Assembly: GCA_934589185.1 (NCBI GenBank)
Contig: CAKTNQ010000001.1
Location: 35,433 to 99,432 of the forward strand
DNA length: 64,000 bases
Reading direction: 5' to 3'
DNA from: an uncultured Oscillospiraceae bacterium
GTDB taxonomy: Bacteria; Bacillota; Clostridia; Oscillospirales; Oscillospiraceae
Shown: positions 45,418 to 53,224 of the stretch, one piece after another
How positions within the stretch are numbered: the stretch's first letter is position 1
Layout: every line of letters begins with the position of its first letter
Program-made: the position numbers and the translations under genes
The notes under the pieces: generated by a model
Databases searched by the model: none
What the model was told of the DNA's origin: nothing
Seen by the model: the letters and a program-made list of their open reading frames with translations, nothing else

Positions 45418-46722
45418 ATGAGAATGAGCGATTTGATCGTGAAAAAGCGCGACGGGCAGGCCCTCACGACGGAGGAGATTCGCTATATGATCGACGGCTA
45501 CAGCCGCGGTGAGATCCCGGATTATCAGATGTCCGCCATGATGATGGCCATCTATTTCCGCGGCATGGACCGGCGCGAGACGCTGGACCTGACCATGGCC
45601 ATGATGCACAGCGGTGAGACGCTGGATCTGTCGGGCGTGTCCGGCGTCAAGGCGGACAAACACTCGACCGGCGGCGTGGGCGACAAGACCTCGCTCGTAC
45701 TCGTTCCGATGGTGGCGAGCCTCGGCGTGAAGATGGCGAAGATGTCCGGCCGCGGCCTCGGTCACACGGGCGGCACGCTCGACAAGCTCGAGAGCATTCC
45801 GGGCTTCAACATCAACCTGCCCATGGAGCGCTTTCTGGAGAATGTGGATCGCGTCGGCATGGTCATCGCCGGTCAGACGGCGAACCTCGACCCTGCGGAT
45901 AAGAAGCTCTACGCCCTGCGCGACGTGACCGGCACCGTGGCGAGCATCCCGCTCATCGTCAGCAGCATCATGTCCAAGAAGCTGGCCGCCGGCGCGGACG
46001 TCATCGTGCTGGACGTCAAGTGCGGCAGCGGCTCGTTTATGAAGACACTGGACGATGCGCGCGAGCTCGCGACCGAGATGGTCGAGATCGGCAAGATGGC
46101 CGGCCGCAAGACGGTCGCCGTCATCACGGACATGGACGAGCCGCTTGGCCACGCCGTCGGCAATGCGCTCGAGGTCAAGGAGGCCATCGCGGCGCTGCGC
46201 GGGGAATATCAAAGCGAATTGCTCGAGCTGTGCCTGACGCTCGGCAGCTGCATCCTCACGCAGGCGGGCATGGCGGCCGACGATGCGGCGGCGCGCGCCA
46301 TGCTGGAGCAGACGATCACGGACGGTTCGGCGCTCAAAAAGCTGGCGGAATTCGTTGCGGCGCAGGACGGCGACCCGGCTGCGATCTATGACCCGTCGCT
46401 CCTGCCCATGGCGCCGGTGCAGATGGAGGTACCGTCTCCGGCGAGCGGCTACGTGCGCCACATCGCGGCGACGGACGTGGGCCTCGTGTCCATGCGCCTC
46501 GGCGGCGGCCGCGCGACGAAGGACAGCGTGATCGACCACAGCGTCGGCATCGTCTTGCGTAAGAAGGTGGACGAGCCGGTCACGTCAGGGGAGTCGCTCG
46601 CGACGATCCATGCGGCTGACGAGGCGGCCGCCCGCAGGGCAGTCGCGGAGCTCACCGCCTGCTACACGATCACCCCGGACGCGCCCCCGGCGGAGCCGTT
46701 CATCAAGGCGATCATCCGCTGA
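45418..46722 (+). CDS. pdp: pyrimidine-nucleoside (thymidine) phosphorylase
   Basis: ORF 45367-46722, start moved to ATG 45418 (AAAGGAG SD). DKHSTGGVGDKTSL and SGRGLGHTGGTLDKLE motifs. Promoter TTGCAA-17-TATACT at 45356-45384. Confidence 0.9.
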   Translation: MRMSDLIVKKRDGQALTTEEIRYMIDGYSRGEIPDYQMSAMMMAIYFRGMDRRETLDLTMAMMHSGETLDLSGVSGVKADKHSTGGVGDKTSLVLVPMVASLGVKMAKMSGRGLGHTGGTLDKLESIPGFNINLPMERFLENVDRVGMVIAGQTANLDPADKKLYALRDVTGTVASIPLIVSSIMSKKLAAGADVIVLDVKCGSGSFMKTLDDARELATEMVEIGKMAGRKTVAVITDMDEPLGHAVGNALEVKEAIAALRGEYQSELLELCLTLGSCILTQAGMAADDAAARAMLEQTITDGSALKKLAEFVAAQDGDPAAIYDPSLLPMAPVQMEVPSPASGYVRHIAATDVGLVSMRLGGGRATKDSVIDHSVGIVLRKKVDEPVTSGESLATIHAADEAAARRAVAELTACYTITPDAPPAEPFIKAIIR

Positions 46723-46729
46723 AGACAAC

Positions 46730-46764
46730 AAAAAAATCCCGGAGCCGCGGCTCCGGGATTTTTC
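46730..46764. terminator. bidirectional terminator
   Basis: aaaaaaatcccggagccgcggctccgggattttt. Confidence 0.75.
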
Positions 46765-46774
46765 TATGTGCAGG

Positions 46775-47593
46775 TTACGGGCAGGCGTGCGTGCGCAGAT
46801 AGGTCATCCATGCCTTCATGCCTTCGGCATTGAGGTGCATGCCGTCGCCGTCCTGATAGGTCTGCGGCAGGAATCCGTCGTCCCCGACGAGGCCGCTGGC
46901 CATGTCGAGATACTTCACGCTGTTGCTCTCCGCGGCCGCGGCGATCCAGCCGTTGACCTTCTGGATAAGCTCGTTCGTGATGTCCTCGTACTGGTAGTTC
47001 GACGCGATCGGCGTCAGTGAGCAGCAGATGATCTTCGTGTTCGGGCTCTTGGCCTTGACGGCGTTGATGAGCGTGGTGTAGACGGATTTGATCTGCTCCG
47101 CATTCGTCATGGAGATGTTGTCCGCGCTCGGGCAGATGACGAGATAGGCGGGCTTGTTGACCTCACAGATCTCATCCGCGGGCACGTTGTTGCCGGTCAC
47201 GGGGGATTTGTACTTCGCCGTGTCGAGCGAGGAGGCGGGCAGGGAACCGGTGTCCGGCACCCAGACCTGTTTGGCGGCGTCCTTGCCGGTGAGCATTGTC
47301 TCCGACTGCAGCACCTTCAGCGACTTGTCGCCCAGGAAATAGATCTGATCGACATAGGTGCTGCCCTTGTCCTCCGTCTGCGCGAGCGCGGCGGACGACT
47401 GGATGGGTGCGATCGGATTTGCCTGCGGCGTCGGCGTCGGCGTTTCCGTGACGGTCGGCGTGGCTTCTGCCTTCGCCGAGCCCGTGTTGCCGACGGCGTT
47501 GGTAAACACCAGCACGACAGCCACCAGCGCCAGACACAGCAAAATGGCGCCCGACCAGAAGGTATACATCATGTTTTTATTCGTGTTTTTCAT
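46775..47593 (-). CDS. membrane-anchored SGNH/GDSL-like hydrolase
   Basis: ORF 46775-47620, start moved to ATG 47593. TM anchor, Thr/Pro linker, FLGDKS block I-like motif and DGMHLN block V (DxxH). Confidence 0.65.
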   Translation of the reverse strand: MKNTNKNMMYTFWSGAILLCLALVAVVLVFTNAVGNTGSAKAEATPTVTETPTPTPQANPIAPIQSSAALAQTEDKGSTYVDQIYFLGDKSLKVLQSETMLTGKDAAKQVWVPDTGSLPASSLDTAKYKSPVTGNNVPADEICEVNKPAYLVICPSADNISMTNAEQIKSVYTTLINAVKAKSPNTKIICCSLTPIASNYQYEDITNELIQKVNGWIAAAAESNSVKYLDMASGLVGDDGFLPQTYQDGDGMHLNAEGMKAWMTYLRTHACP

Positions 47594-47618
47594 CAGGATC
47601 CCTCGCTTCCGGATAGAC

Positions 47619-47646
47619 AAAAGAAGCCCGATGAAGGGCTTCTTTT
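47619..47646 (-). terminator. terminator after the EF-G paralogue
   Basis: aaaagaagccc-gatga-gggcttctttt. Confidence 0.7.
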
Positions 47647-47656
47647 GCAGTTACAG

Positions 47657-49702
47657 TTACGCTTCCTGCTCTTTCTTGGCTTCCTCGATGACCTTCTGCT
47701 GGACGTTGCCGGGGGCTTCCTCGTAGCGCACGAACTTGCACGAGAAGGAGCCGCGGCCCTGCGTCATGGAGCGCAGGTCGATCGTGTAGGAGCCCATCTC
47801 GGCCATCGGGACTTCCGCCTCGACGGTCTGCATGCCGTCCTCCGCCGTCATGCCGAGCACGGTGCCGCGGCGCTTGGAGGAGATGTCGGACATGATGTCG
47901 CCCAGGTTGGCGTCCGGGATGGTGACCTTCAGCAGGCCGATCGGCTCGAGGATGGTCGGCTTCGCCTTCGGGATGCCGTCCTGATAGGCGAGGCGGGCGG
48001 CCGTCTGGAACGCCATATCGTTGGAGTCGACCGGGTGGTAGGAGCCGTCGTACAGCACGGCCTTCAGGCCGACGAGCGGGTAGCCGGCGAGCACGCCCTT
48101 CTGCACGGCGTTGCGCAGGCCCTTTTCGACGGACGGGAAGAAGTTTTTCGGCACGCTGCCGCCAAAGACTTCCTCGGCGAAGATCATGTCGTCGGACTCG
48201 TCCTGAGGCTCGAAGCGGATCCAGACGTCACCGAACTGGCCGCTGCCGCCGGACTGCTTCTTGTGGCGGCCGTGGGCCTCGACCTTGCCCTTGATCTTCT
48301 CGCGGTAAGCGACGCGGGCGGGCTTGAGCTCGGTCTCGACGCCGAAGCGGCTCTTGAGCTTGGCGCACAGGACGTCGACCTGGATATCGCCGGCGCCGGA
48401 GATGACCATCTGGTGGGTCTCGGCGTTGTTGACGAGCGTGAAGGAGATGTCCTCCTCGTTCAGGCGGGCGAGACCGGAAGCGACCTTGTCGTCCTGGCCC
48501 TTGGTCTTGGGGCTGATGGCCATGGAGTAGCAGGGCTCTGCCAGCTCGATGGCGGGCAGCTCGACCTCGTTTTTCGGGTCGCAGACGGTGTCGCCGGTCT
48601 TCCACTCCATCTTGCCGATGGCCACGATGTCGCCGCAGCAGGCTTCCTTGACCTCGGTGTTCTTCTTGCCGCACATGGTGTACATGCGGCCGAGCTTATC
48701 GGTTCTGCTCATGCGCACGTCGCGCAGAGACAGATCGGACGTGACCTTGCCGGAGAGCACCTTGATGAAGGAGTACTTGCCGAACTGGTCGGAAATGGTC
48801 TTGAACACGAACGCGCACACCGGGCCGTTCGGGTCGACGGCGAGCTTGCCGCCGTCAGCCGTGGCGACCTCGCCGACCTCGGCCGGGTTGGGCACGTAAT
48901 CCACGATCGCCTGCAGCACGGCCTCGGTGCCGATGCCGCTGTCGGCGGCGCCGCAGAGCACGGGGAACACGCTGCGGTCCTTCAGACCCTGACGCAGGCC
49001 CTTGACGGTGTCCTCCTCGGAGAGCATCATGTCCTCAAAGTACTTCTCCATGAGCTCCTCGTCCGCACCGGCGGCCGTCTCAAAGAGCGTCTCGCGCAAC
49101 GACTCGACCATGTCGGCGTCGGCGGCGGGGACGGCGACCTTCGTGGTCTTGTTGCCCTTGGTCTGGTAAGCCACGTTGTGCACCAGGTCGATGACGCCGG
49201 TGCCGTCGCTCATCGGTGCGGTCACGGCGCAGACGGCGCTGCCGTACTTTTCCTGCAGGGCGGAGAGAACGCCGGCGAAATCGCCGTGATCCTCATTGGT
49301 CTTGGAGACATAGAACATGCAGGGCATGTTGGCGTTCTTGAGGTATTTCCAGCTGCGCTCGGCGCCGACGGCGATGCCGTCTTTCGCGGTGCAGAAGATC
49401 ATGCCGGCCTCGACGGCGCGCAGAGCGCACATCACGTCGCCCGCAAAGTCGAAAAAGCCCGGGCAGTCGAGCACGTTGATCTTGCAACCGCCGAAGTTGA
49501 CCGGCGCGATGCTGGTCGAGATCGTGATCTGGCGCTTGATCTCTTCGGGATCGTAGTCACAGACGGTGTTGCCGTCGGCGGTCTTGCCCTGACGGTCGAT
49601 CGCACCAGTCATGTACAGCATGCTCTCGGCGAGCGTGGTCTTGCCGCTGCCGCCATGGCCGAGCAGGCACACATTGCGGATATTCTTGGTTTCGTAGCTC
49701 AT
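47657..49702 (-). CDS. EF-G paralogue with degenerate GTPase motifs
   Basis: ORF 47657-49771, start moved to ATG 49702 (AAGGAGAG SD). Five-domain EF-G architecture, including the domain IV tip YHPVDS. G1 is intact (GHGGSGKTT). G3 is DCPGF (plus 49454-49468) instead of DTPGH. G4 is SKTN (plus 49295-49306) instead of NKxD. Confidence 0.85.
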   Translation of the reverse strand: MSYETKNIRNVCLLGHGGSGKTTLAESMLYMTGAIDRQGKTADGNTVCDYDPEEIKRQITISTSIAPVNFGGCKINVLDCPGFFDFAGDVMCALRAVEAGMIFCTAKDGIAVGAERSWKYLKNANMPCMFYVSKTNEDHGDFAGVLSALQEKYGSAVCAVTAPMSDGTGVIDLVHNVAYQTKGNKTTKVAVPAADADMVESLRETLFETAAGADEELMEKYFEDMMLSEEDTVKGLRQGLKDRSVFPVLCGAADSGIGTEAVLQAIVDYVPNPAEVGEVATADGGKLAVDPNGPVCAFVFKTISDQFGKYSFIKVLSGKVTSDLSLRDVRMSRTDKLGRMYTMCGKKNTEVKEACCGDIVAIGKMEWKTGDTVCDPKNEVELPAIELAEPCYSMAISPKTKGQDDKVASGLARLNEEDISFTLVNNAETHQMVISGAGDIQVDVLCAKLKSRFGVETELKPARVAYREKIKGKVEAHGRHKKQSGGSGQFGDVWIRFEPQDESDDMIFAEEVFGGSVPKNFFPSVEKGLRNAVQKGVLAGYPLVGLKAVLYDGSYHPVDSNDMAFQTAARLAYQDGIPKAKPTILEPIGLLKVTIPDANLGDIMSDISSKRRGTVLGMTAEDGMQTVEAEVPMAEMGSYTIDLRSMTQGRGSFSCKFVRYEEAPGNVQQKVIEEAKKEQEA

Positions 49703-49759
49703 GTAGTGTACTCTCCTTATATATAGACTATCCAAAATTCCTAACTCCGGAAATCGTGC

Positions 49760-49776
49760 CGTGTGTGACACACACG
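49760..49776. promoter_or_regulatory. 17-bp palindrome CGTGTGTG-A-CACACACG just downstream of the EF-G paralogue promoter
   Basis: Minus-strand promoter TTGCCA (plus 49808-49813), 17-nt spacer, TATACT (plus 49785-49790). The palindrome is nested inside a second inverted repeat, GAAATCGTG/CACGATTTC (plus 49750-49758 and 49791-49799). Confidence 0.4.
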
Positions 49777-49829
49777 ACTATAAAAGTATACACGATTTCA
49801 AAACTCTTGGCAATCATAAATATGAAAAC

Positions 49830-52265
49830 TCAGCGTTTCAGGCTGAAATTCAGCAAAATGACCGGAACAAGCCATAAGCCCATGTACACAAAGAGGTTGC
49901 CGACGGTGGCGGAATCGAACGCGCCGATGGCGCACAGGGCGAACATCAGCACGACGCCGATGACCGTGCACAGCAGGGCAAGGATGACGCAGATGCGCAC
50001 GGTGGAGTAGAGCTGGCGGCCGAGATTGGCGACGCTCACGAGCGGGCCGAGCCCGTCGCGCGCCACGATGCCGGCGGTCTGCGTATAGTCGGACGGTTCC
50101 GCTGCCGACATGGCATAGCGCTTGCGGTAGGCCGGGAAGTCAAAGCCGTCGGTCGACATCTTGAACTTCTGCCCGAGCATCAGCGGCGTGATGTTGAAGT
50201 CGCGCACGGCAAAGATCGGCGCGATCTTTGTACGCAGCAGAGCAAAGAGCGCGTTCTGCACCGACTGCACCGGCACGTACTTGATCTTGAAGCTTGCGAC
50301 AAACAGACCGTTGATGGATGTGAACACGACGTTTTTGGCGCTCAGCTGCTGCGGCAGATGCACGCCCTTGAGGTTCATGAAGGCGCTGCTGCCGACGAGC
50401 ACTTCCTCGCCGTTGACGAGGGCGCTCAGGCCGCCGCTTTCGTTGCAGGTGAAGGCTTCGACCGGCATGAGCGTGCAGTTGTTGCGCTGCATGAGATCGG
50501 TAAACGCGGTGGCAAGGCAGCTGCCGGAGGCAACGATCACGCTGCCGGTGTAGGAGATGACCTTGTCCGGGAACGCGCCGTCGAGGATGCGAATGTCCTC
50601 GATTGAGATGTTGCGCGCGGTGAACAGGTCCTTATCCGTGACGATCAGGTGCTTGCTGCGGCCGATATCGCTCGCGCCGCTCCAGCCCGCGATGGCGCTG
50701 CCGGTGCGGGCGAGCTTGCGCGCAGCGGTCCGGAACGGGACGGCGAACGCCACAAGCGCCGCAAACGGCGCGCACGGCGCGGTGACGGCGGCAAACACGT
50801 GCAGGATGTTGGCATAATTGCCGCTGAGGATCGTGGCCAGCAGGCCGAGGATCACGGACGCGGCGATCAGATACGGCGCGAGCGCGGCGTAGATCGTGTC
50901 GGCCGGGCCGGCCTCCTCGCTGCGGTGGATGAAGCCCGCGGTGTCGCGCTTGGACTTGAGCACGGTGATGCTGTCCTTGACGACCTCGCTGTCCGCGCTG
51001 ACGGTGTAGGGATCATTGTCGACCGCGAGCGTGCGGAACGTGGACTTGAAGCCGCGGCAGGTGTTCAGCGCGCTCCACAGGCAGCAGGCCACGGAAAACG
51101 CCGACACGGCGCAAAACGGCAGACCGACGGCGTCCGACCCTGTAATGGCCAGCACGACCGCATCGAGCGCGGAAAAGACGCAGTTGAGAAACACGAGCGA
51201 TTCCAGCCCCGGCGTGCGGCGCACGAGGTTGAAAAAGCCGTTGGTGATGACGTCCAGACCGATGAGCATCACGGTCAGCTGCATCATCAGGCACACGAGC
51301 GCTGCGACGGACGGGCTGCTCTTGAGCACACCGAACACCGGCAGCCCGAGCGAGATGTAGATCAGCGGGATGCACACGATCATGGCCGCCCGGCAGCGGA
51401 AGCGCAGGGACTTGACCTGCCCGCCGTAGTATTTTGCAGCGGTTTCGGCATCCGGCTCCGGGCCAAGCTCCTCCTCGGTGTTGGCCGAGGCGTGCACGGC
51501 GCTGTTGTGTTCGCGGATACGGTAGGCCACGGCGGCGAGCCGCGCCATGAGCGGGTTGAGCACCGCGTCCTGAAAGCTGCGGCGCGCAGGGCCGTCTGCA
51601 CCGTCGTCCGCGGCGTAGTCGCCGGCGCGGGCGTAAGCGGTGCGCCCGGCCGCGCTGTCGTCCATGCCTTCTTCCGTCACGGCCTGAAACACGCGCGTCG
51701 GCTCTTCCGGTTCCGGTTCCGGGTCATACAGGCCCTCCGGCACCTCCGGCGGGGCGGAGACGGGGATGGCGGTGTCTTCCTCCAGAGGTTCTTCCTCCGG
51801 CTGGACCGGCTCATCCGGCACGACATCCGAGATCTTCGAGGCAAAACGCTTCAGTCCCGAGATGCCTTTTTTGGCCAGACGCTTGGCGTTGGCCTTCGTC
51901 TCGTTCCACTTTTCGATCTCTTCTTCGGTCGCGTGGTCGCGCTGGCGCTTCGGCTGATAGCGCTTGACATCGTGATCCTCATGCGGCGGTTCATCAGGCG
52001 CGGCCGTTCCGGTCTCCGGGGCCGTGTCCTCCAGTGCGCTGTCGAGCTCGGCGGACATGAGAATGTCCTCAGCCTCGGCGTCCTCGGCTGCATCTTCCTC
52101 GACCATCTCCGCCTTGACGGGGCGGCGGGGATAGGCCGGCTGCGGGCGGGGCGCGGGTGCGTCCGTCTGAAAATCTTTATATTCGTCCAGAATGGATTCC
52201 AGGGAGAATTCTTCTGCGTCCAGGTCAAAAGAAACGTCCTCTGGCGAGCGATCAAATTGGTCCAT
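49830..52265 (-). CDS. P1B-type ATPase-like polytopic membrane protein lacking catalytic motifs, with ~290-aa acidic disordered N-terminus
   Basis: 811 aa. The TM/A/P/N-domain order resembles heavy-metal P-type ATPases (APCAPF in place of CPC). DKTGT is replaced by DKDLFT (plus 50619-50636). No TGES, SEHP or GDGxNDxP equivalents were recognisable. Confidence 0.55.
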   Translation of the reverse strand: MDQFDRSPEDVSFDLDAEEFSLESILDEYKDFQTDAPAPRPQPAYPRRPVKAEMVEEDAAEDAEAEDILMSAELDSALEDTAPETGTAAPDEPPHEDHDVKRYQPKRQRDHATEEEIEKWNETKANAKRLAKKGISGLKRFASKISDVVPDEPVQPEEEPLEEDTAIPVSAPPEVPEGLYDPEPEPEEPTRVFQAVTEEGMDDSAAGRTAYARAGDYAADDGADGPARRSFQDAVLNPLMARLAAVAYRIREHNSAVHASANTEEELGPEPDAETAAKYYGGQVKSLRFRCRAAMIVCIPLIYISLGLPVFGVLKSSPSVAALVCLMMQLTVMLIGLDVITNGFFNLVRRTPGLESLVFLNCVFSALDAVVLAITGSDAVGLPFCAVSAFSVACCLWSALNTCRGFKSTFRTLAVDNDPYTVSADSEVVKDSITVLKSKRDTAGFIHRSEEAGPADTIYAALAPYLIAASVILGLLATILSGNYANILHVFAAVTAPCAPFAALVAFAVPFRTAARKLARTGSAIAGWSGASDIGRSKHLIVTDKDLFTARNISIEDIRILDGAFPDKVISYTGSVIVASGSCLATAFTDLMQRNNCTLMPVEAFTCNESGGLSALVNGEEVLVGSSAFMNLKGVHLPQQLSAKNVVFTSINGLFVASFKIKYVPVQSVQNALFALLRTKIAPIFAVRDFNITPLMLGQKFKMSTDGFDFPAYRKRYAMSAAEPSDYTQTAGIVARDGLGPLVSVANLGRQLYSTVRICVILALLCTVIGVVLMFALCAIGAFDSATVGNLFVYMGLWLVPVILLNFSLKR

Positions 52266-52303
52266 ATGGTCAACTCCTTTTTATAACGTAGGGGTGCGGG
52301 CGT

Positions 52304-53068
52304 TCAGCTTCGCTGACGCAGCGCCTCATAGAGCAGCACGGCCGCGGCCGCGGATGCGTTGAGCGAGGAGATCTGACCGCGCAACGGGATGCTGACGAGA
52401 AAATCGCACTTTTCCCGCACCAGCCGGCTGATGCCGGCGCCTTCCGACCCGATGACGATGCAGGCCGGGCCGGTCAGGTCCGTTTTCCACAGCTCGTTCG
52501 AGCCCTCGGCGGCGGTGCCGTAGATCCAGAGGCCGTTTTTCTTGAGCGTCTCGATCGCGGCGACGAGATTCGGCACGCGCGCGACGGCCATATGCTCGAG
52601 CGCACCGGCGGACGTCTTGTCTACGACGGCGGTCAGCCCCGCGCTGCGGCGCTTCGGGATGATGACGCCGTGCGCGCCGACGCACTCGGCCGTGCGGATG
52701 ATGGCGCCGAGGTTGTGCGGGTCGGAGATCTCGTCGCACAGCACGAGAAACGGCGCCTCGCCGCGCTCGGCTGCGATGGCGAGCATGTCCTCGATCGTGC
52801 TGTATTCCTTGACGGCGCACAGTGCGATCACGCCCTGATGCGCGTGCGTCTGGCTCATGGCGTCGAGTTTGCGGCGGTCGGCCTCCGTGACGACGATGCC
52901 GGCGCTGCGCGCCTTCGAGGCGATGTGCCCGAGCGTCTTGTCCACGTCGCCCTTGGCGATGAAAATTTTATCGATCGTGCGGCCCGCGCGCAGGGCCTCC
53001 ATGACCGCATTGCGGCCTTCGATCAGATCGTTGCGCGCTTCGTTTTCAAATTCCTGTATTTGTTCCAT
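52304..53068 (-). CDS. rlmB: 23S rRNA (guanosine-2'-O-)-methyltransferase, RlmB/SpoU (TrmH) family
   Basis: 254 aa. SpoU substrate-binding N-domain plus SPOUT motifs (DPHNLGAIIRTAE, IVIGSEGAGIS, PLRGQISSLNASAA). Confidence 0.85.
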   Translation of the reverse strand: MEQIQEFENEARNDLIEGRNAVMEALRAGRTIDKIFIAKGDVDKTLGHIASKARSAGIVVTEADRRKLDAMSQTHAHQGVIALCAVKEYSTIEDMLAIAAERGEAPFLVLCDEISDPHNLGAIIRTAECVGAHGVIIPKRRSAGLTAVVDKTSAGALEHMAVARVPNLVAAIETLKKNGLWIYGTAAEGSNELWKTDLTGPACIVIGSEGAGISRLVREKCDFLVSIPLRGQISSLNASAAAAVLLYEALRQRS

Positions 53069-53224
53069 GATATACCCATACCTTGCGACATAATAATACA
53101 GATATCATCATACCACACGATTGCCCATTAAGAAAGTACAAATTGCGATTCGGGATATTTTTTTATGGACTTTGCGGTTTTAAGAAGGTATCATGGACAT
53201 ACGTTGTATTTACGGAGGAACCCC

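Noticed and set aside
43906-46539. 877-aa minus-strand ORF across mazF, the two unknown ORFs and pdp. Similar cases: 58857-61853 and 61929-63170 (minus) inside the giant surface gene, 3981-5168 and 4481-6253 (minus) inside gcdB and the CoA-transferase, 37545-39854 and 39835-41061 (plus) opposite pheT/pheS.
   Set aside because: All are antisense shadows of genes with clear family signatures. Their composition is Arg/Gly/Ala/Asp-rich and they have no SD or start context.
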